This document shows positions 60,181-64,000 of a stretch of 64,000 nt of DNA, piece by piece. The first letter of the stretch is position 1; every line of letters starts with the position of its first letter. The notes below the pieces were generated by a model. The model searched no databases. It saw only the letters and a program-made list of their open reading frames with translations, and was not told where the DNA came from. Source of the stretch: Parvibaculales bacterium (GTDB taxonomy: Bacteria; Pseudomonadota; Alphaproteobacteria; RS24); NCBI GenBank assembly GCA_049611805.1, contig JBMZAX010000012.1:1088-65087 (forward strand), read 5' to 3'. The translations under genes and the position numbers were made by a program.

Positions 60181-63100
60181 CTAACCTGTTGATTTATATG
60201 TATCTTCTTCTTTTCCAGCGTTTTTATCGCGGGCATTTTCCGCAAATTGTTCGGCTGTCGTCAAATCTACCGAAATCAGCTGGCTGACGCCGCGCTCCTG
60301 CATGGTTACACCGAACAAACGATCCACCCGCGCCATGGTCAGCGCGTGGTGGGTAATGAGCAAAAACCGCGTGCCCGTTTCATCGGCAATTTCGCGCACC
60401 AGATTGCAAAACCGCTCGACATTGGCATCGTCAAGCGGCGCATCAACCTCATCAAGCACACAAATTGGCGACGGGTTGGTCAAAAACACCGCGAAAATAA
60501 CGGCCATTGCGGTGAGTGCCTGTTCGCCACCCGACAATAGCGACATGACTTGCGGTTTTTTGCCGGGCGGATGGGCAATGATTTCGAGCCCGGCTTCCAG
60601 CGGGTCATCGCTTTCGCTCAGTTCAAGGCGCGCCGACCCGCCGCCGAAAAGCTGCGTGAACAGGCGTCCGAAATGTCCGTTTACCGTGTCAAACGCGGCC
60701 AGCAAACGTTGGCGACCCTCGCGGTTCAGCTGCCCGATGCCGTGGCGCAATTTGTTGATGGCCGCGGCAAGCTCGTCCCGCTCGCCCGTCATCGTCTCGA
60801 TTTTTTGCTTAATCTCGTCGGCCTCTTCCTCCGCGCGCAAATTCACCCCGCCCAGATTTTCCCGCTCGCGGCGCAATTTTTCCAGCTTGGCCTCAACGCC
60901 CTCTGCCTCCGGCAACGCGTCTTCGGGGCCAATGCCGGCAAGCTCGGCCGCTTCTTCCGGCGCGACCTGCAAGGCTTCGCGAATGCGCGTGGCGGCTTCT
61001 TCAGCCCGCGCATGATTGGCTTCCTGCGTCGCTTCAAGCCGTGCCAGATGTTCGCGCGCCTCGGCAACGCTTCCCTCGCAGGCGCGCAAGGTTTTATCCG
61101 CCGCGGCTTGCGCGGTTTCGGCCTCGGCCAGCTCGTCAGCCGCCGTCTGACGGCGCGTTTCGGCCTGGCTTACAACCTCAGCAAGCTTTGCGCGCCGCTC
61201 GGCCAGCGCATCCGGAATGGCGGTGAATTTTTCCTTCTCGGCAAGATTTTCACTGCGGCGGCTTTCCAGCGCCGACACTTGGCTTCGCGCGGCTTCGGCG
61301 CGTTCTTGCCATGAGGTTTGATCCTGTTTCACACGGGCCAATTGCTGCTCGCGCGCCTGACGCTGGGCATAAAACCCGTCAAAGCGCGCGCGCGCCTCGG
61401 CCAGAAGATTGCGCTTGTCGACAACACTCCCGCGCAACTCATCCATGTCTTCCAGTTCGCGCGCCTCATTTGCCAGCGCCTTCAATGCTTCGTCGGTTGC
61501 CTTGCGCGCCGCTTCCAACTCGGCCATATCCGCCCGAATGCGCGCCTCGCTTGTATCAAGCGCCTGCAATTTAGCCTGATCGGTGGCGGCCCCGGCTTCG
61601 GCTTGGGCCAATTGTTGCCGGCCGACGGAAACCGCGTTCTGGGTATCCTGCGCGGCAATGCGCTCGGCCTCATGGCGCTCTTTCAAGCCGGCATATTGCG
61701 TTTCAATTTCTGCCAGTGCCGATGCGGTTTGCTGTGCTTTTGCTTCCGCCGCTTCGCGCGCCGCGGCCAGCTCGTCCATGCGGTTGCGCTGGGCAAGGCG
61801 CGTGGCCGCGGCACTGGGCGCATCGGCCGCGCTGGCAAAACCGTCCCAACGCCACAAATCGCCCTCGCGCGAAACAAGCCGCTGGCCGGGCAATAATTGC
61901 TTTTGCAATGTCGCCCCTTGCGCGCGGTCGACAATGCCGACCTGCGACAAGCGCCGCAATAAAAGCGGCGAACCCGTTACTTGCGCCGCCAGCGCTTCAA
62001 CGCCTGCCGGTAAATCTTGGCCTACACGCTCACTGCCAAAATCGCGCCAATGCGACGGCGCTTGAATGTCGGATGAGGCATCCAGATCATCACCAATGGC
62101 CGCACCCAAAGCCATTTCATATCCGGCGGCGACCTCAACCTTGTCGACCAGCGCCGGATAGCGCGCATCATCGGCCCCCGCAAACAGTGCCGACAAAGCC
62201 GTGACCTCGCCAACCAGCCGGTTCAAATCCGCGCGCGCTTCTTCCGCCGGTACGGTGGCGGCCTGACGCCGCGCATCGCATTCGGACAATTCTTCGCCCG
62301 TGGCTTCAAATGCGCCTAGCGCCTTTTCGTGTTCCGATATCAATTCTTCCAGTTCGGCCTGACGCGCCGACAAATCAATATCGGCACACATATTGTTTTC
62401 AATATCGTTGCGCGCCAGAACTGATTTGGCCTGATCCGCCTCCAGCTTGGCCTGACGCACAGCCGTTTCTTTCAGCCGCATCTCGCAAGCCTGCCGCCGC
62501 GCCGCCTGATCGGCCACCGCGCGGTTTGCCGCCTCCAGCCGCGCCTCGGCATCTGCCAGCACTTGCGCGGCCGCATCCATATCGGTGCGGGCCTGGGCCT
62601 CCATTTCGGCTTCATCGGCGCTTGCCGCATTGGTAATGGCGGCTTCTTCTTCCGCCAGAGCTTTTTCCTGCTCGGCGGCGTCTTGAAGCACATGCTCTTC
62701 GCGCGCCATATCTTGGGCAATGGTGGCAAGCTGGGTTTCAAGCCGGGCAACCATTTCCTGCGCGCGATGGGCTTCGGCCTCCAACCCTTCCTGCTCCAGC
62801 AATACATGGCGCAAGGCGGCCGCCGCTTCGGCTTCGCTTTCGCGCAAAGCGGGCAGGCGCTCATGCGCGGCGGCTTGGGCAACATTGGCAGAGGTCGCCT
62901 CTTGGGTGGCCGCATCAACCTGCGCACGCGCCGCAACAAGCTGGGTGGCGGCTTCTTCAACCATCACGCAGGCCTGATGCCAGCGAATGTGAAGCGCGGT
63001 CGCTTCGACGCCGCGAATTTGTCCGGAAATATTTTTATATCGGCTGGCCTGACGCGCTTGGCGTTTCAACTGCCGAAATTCGGTCTCAAGCGTTTGTAAG

Positions 63101-63690
63101 GCATCGTCCACTTTTTCAAGATTGTTTTCCGCCGCACGCAAGCGCAACTCGGCCTCGTGGCGGCGCGAATGCAAGCCCGAAATGCCCGCCGCTTCCTCCA
63201 AAATCATGCGCCGCGCTTCGGGTTTGGCGTTAATCAGCTCGCCGATCTGCCCCTGTCGCACAAGCGAGGTTGAGCGCGCACCGGTCGAGGCATCGGCGAA
63301 AAGCAATTGCACATCGCGCGCGCGCACATCGCGGCTGTTTATCCGATAGGCCGAGCCCGCATCGCGCTCAATGCGCCGGACGATTTCCAGTTCTTCCGTA
63401 TCATTATATTCAGCCGGTGCGGTGCGTTCTTCATTGTCCAGAAACAACAGAACTTCGGCATGATTGCGCGCCGGACGCGCATTGGTGCCGGCAAAAATGA
63501 CATCTTCCATGCCCGACCCGCGCATGGATTTGTAAGATGTCTCGCCCATCACCCAGCGCAGGGCTTCCAGCAAATTGGATTTGCCGCACCCATTGGGCCC
63601 GACAACGCCGGTAATGCCCGGCAAAATATCCAGATCAACCGGATCCACGAAGGACTTAAATCCAGACAGACGTAGGCGTTTGAACTTCAT
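60181..63690 (-). CDS. smc: chromosome segregation protein SMC
   Basis: 1169 aa. N-terminal Walker A GPNGCGKSN, very long A/E/R-rich coiled coils with a central hinge, C-terminal LSGGEQAL signature and Walker B CVLDEVDAPLD. Confidence 0.95.
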   Translation of the reverse strand: MKFKRLRLSGFKSFVDPVDLDILPGITGVVGPNGCGKSNLLEALRWVMGETSYKSMRGSGMEDVIFAGTNARPARNHAEVLLFLDNEERTAPAEYNDTEELEIVRRIERDAGSAYRINSRDVRARDVQLLFADASTGARSTSLVRQGQIGELINAKPEARRMILEEAAGISGLHSRRHEAELRLRAAENNLEKVDDALQTLETEFRQLKRQARQASRYKNISGQIRGVEATALHIRWHQACVMVEEAATQLVAARAQVDAATQEATSANVAQAAAHERLPALRESEAEAAAALRHVLLEQEGLEAEAHRAQEMVARLETQLATIAQDMAREEHVLQDAAEQEKALAEEEAAITNAASADEAEMEAQARTDMDAAAQVLADAEARLEAANRAVADQAARRQACEMRLKETAVRQAKLEADQAKSVLARNDIENNMCADIDLSARQAELEELISEHEKALGAFEATGEELSECDARRQAATVPAEEARADLNRLVGEVTALSALFAGADDARYPALVDKVEVAAGYEMALGAAIGDDLDASSDIQAPSHWRDFGSERVGQDLPAGVEALAAQVTGSPLLLRRLSQVGIVDRAQGATLQKQLLPGQRLVSREGDLWRWDGFASAADAPSAAATRLAQRNRMDELAAAREAAEAKAQQTASALAEIETQYAGLKERHEAERIAAQDTQNAVSVGRQQLAQAEAGAATDQAKLQALDTSEARIRADMAELEAARKATDEALKALANEARELEDMDELRGSVVDKRNLLAEARARFDGFYAQRQAREQQLARVKQDQTSWQERAEAARSQVSALESRRSENLAEKEKFTAIPDALAERRAKLAEVVSQAETRRQTAADELAEAETAQAAADKTLRACEGSVAEAREHLARLEATQEANHARAEEAATRIREALQVAPEEAAELAGIGPEDALPEAEGVEAKLEKLRRERENLGGVNLRAEEEADEIKQKIETMTGERDELAAAINKLRHGIGQLNREGRQRLLAAFDTVNGHFGRLFTQLFGGGSARLELSESDDPLEAGLEIIAHPPGKKPQVMSLLSGGEQALTAMAVIFAVFLTNPSPICVLDEVDAPLDDANVERFCNLVREIADETGTRFLLITHHALTMARVDRLFGVTMQERGVSQLISVDLTTAEQFAENARDKNAGKEEDTYKSTG

Positions 63691-63701
63691 GGCGGCCTTC
63701 T

Positions 63702-64000
63702 CTAATTATCCGTATCGGGAAGCAGGGGAATGAAAATCTCCTCGAACACTTCCAGCGGCTGATTGCCCTCAAGTTTCTCACCATTGACGAAAAATGTGGG
63801 CGTCGAGCGTACATTGAGTTTTTCAGCCGCCGCGGTCTGCATGCCGCGAATGGCGGCCAGCACGCTTTCATCCTTCAGGCAAACAATATAATCATCTTCC
63901 GACAGGCCGGCCTGTTTGGCAATTTTCTGCAATTCGGCAGACGGGTCTTTCGAGGCGATCCACATGCCTTGGCGCTTGAACAAAATGTCAATAAACGCCA
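63702..64000 (-). CDS. DsbA-family thioredoxin-fold protein (C-terminal part; 5' end beyond the right window edge)
   Basis: The reading frame stays open to position 64000 (I translated ...AFIDILFKRQGMWIA... with no stop). The C-terminal ...VRSTPTFFVNGEKLEG... is typical of DsbA-like proteins. Confidence 0.7.
   Translation of the reverse strand, partial: AFIDILFKRQGMWIASKDPSAELQKIAKQAGLSEDDYIVCLKDESVLAAIRGMQTAAAEKLNVRSTPTFFVNGEKLEGNQPLEVFEEIFIPLLPDTDN

Noticed and set aside
1-64000. Looked for tRNA, rRNA or tmRNA, CRISPR arrays, IS ends, integrases, and riboswitch-sized leaders (glyQS, nadA, pyrC, folP, dxs).
   Set aside because: All intergenic gaps except three are under 150 nt and none shows cloverleaf-like or spaced direct-repeat structure. 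The glyQ, pyrC and dxs leaders are too short for riboswitches or T-boxes. This was by-eye inspection only, so a formal tRNAscan, Infernal or CRISPR scan could still find something I missed.

Overview
GC-rich (about 60%) chromosomal segment that reads as core alphaproteobacterial housekeeping DNA. It is almost fully coding: about 62 CDS, most gaps under 120 nt.

Left third (1-16215, all minus strand):
- glmM (partial)-folP-ftsH-tilS
- the complete tol-pal cluster (ybgC-tolQ-tolR-tolA-tolB-pal-cpoB)
- ruvCAB, yebC, a YmdB-like phosphoesterase, 5-formyl-THF cyclo-ligase
- a 6S RNA candidate, zapA and a DUF4164 gene

Middle:
- tkt-gap-pgk-class I aldolase
- tlyA-dxs-ispA-xseB
- a mixed stretch of small enzymes: MBL hydrolase, two SDRs, Sua5/TsaC, VOC, SRAP/YedK, DUF192, AcuI-like MDR, dihydroorotase, a GT9-like ORF, YgfZ, KAS III
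- nadQ-nadA-nadB-nadC with a perfect 21-bp palindromic operator

Right:
- SleB-like hydrolase, ppdK-glyS-glyQ, a methyltransferase, ispB, ispE
- a TPR protein, ETF-QO, a family-4 UDG, Slt
- the F0 ATP synthase operon atpI-a-c-b'-b, smc, and a partial DsbA-like gene

The ORF track uses the longest ATG/GTG/TTG start, so I re-called several starts by reading the sequence.

I saw no tRNA or rRNA, no IS, transposase or integrase, no CRISPR, and no toxin-antitoxin or defence-like genes. I cannot honestly point to a novel multi-gene system in this window.

The observations worth a second look are small-scale:
- a 6S RNA candidate
- the NadQ operator
- a recurring set of short perfect tandem duplications sitting on gene starts and ends
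- a few hairpins or inverted repeats in the rare non-coding gaps
- an SDR with a histone-H1-like basic tail
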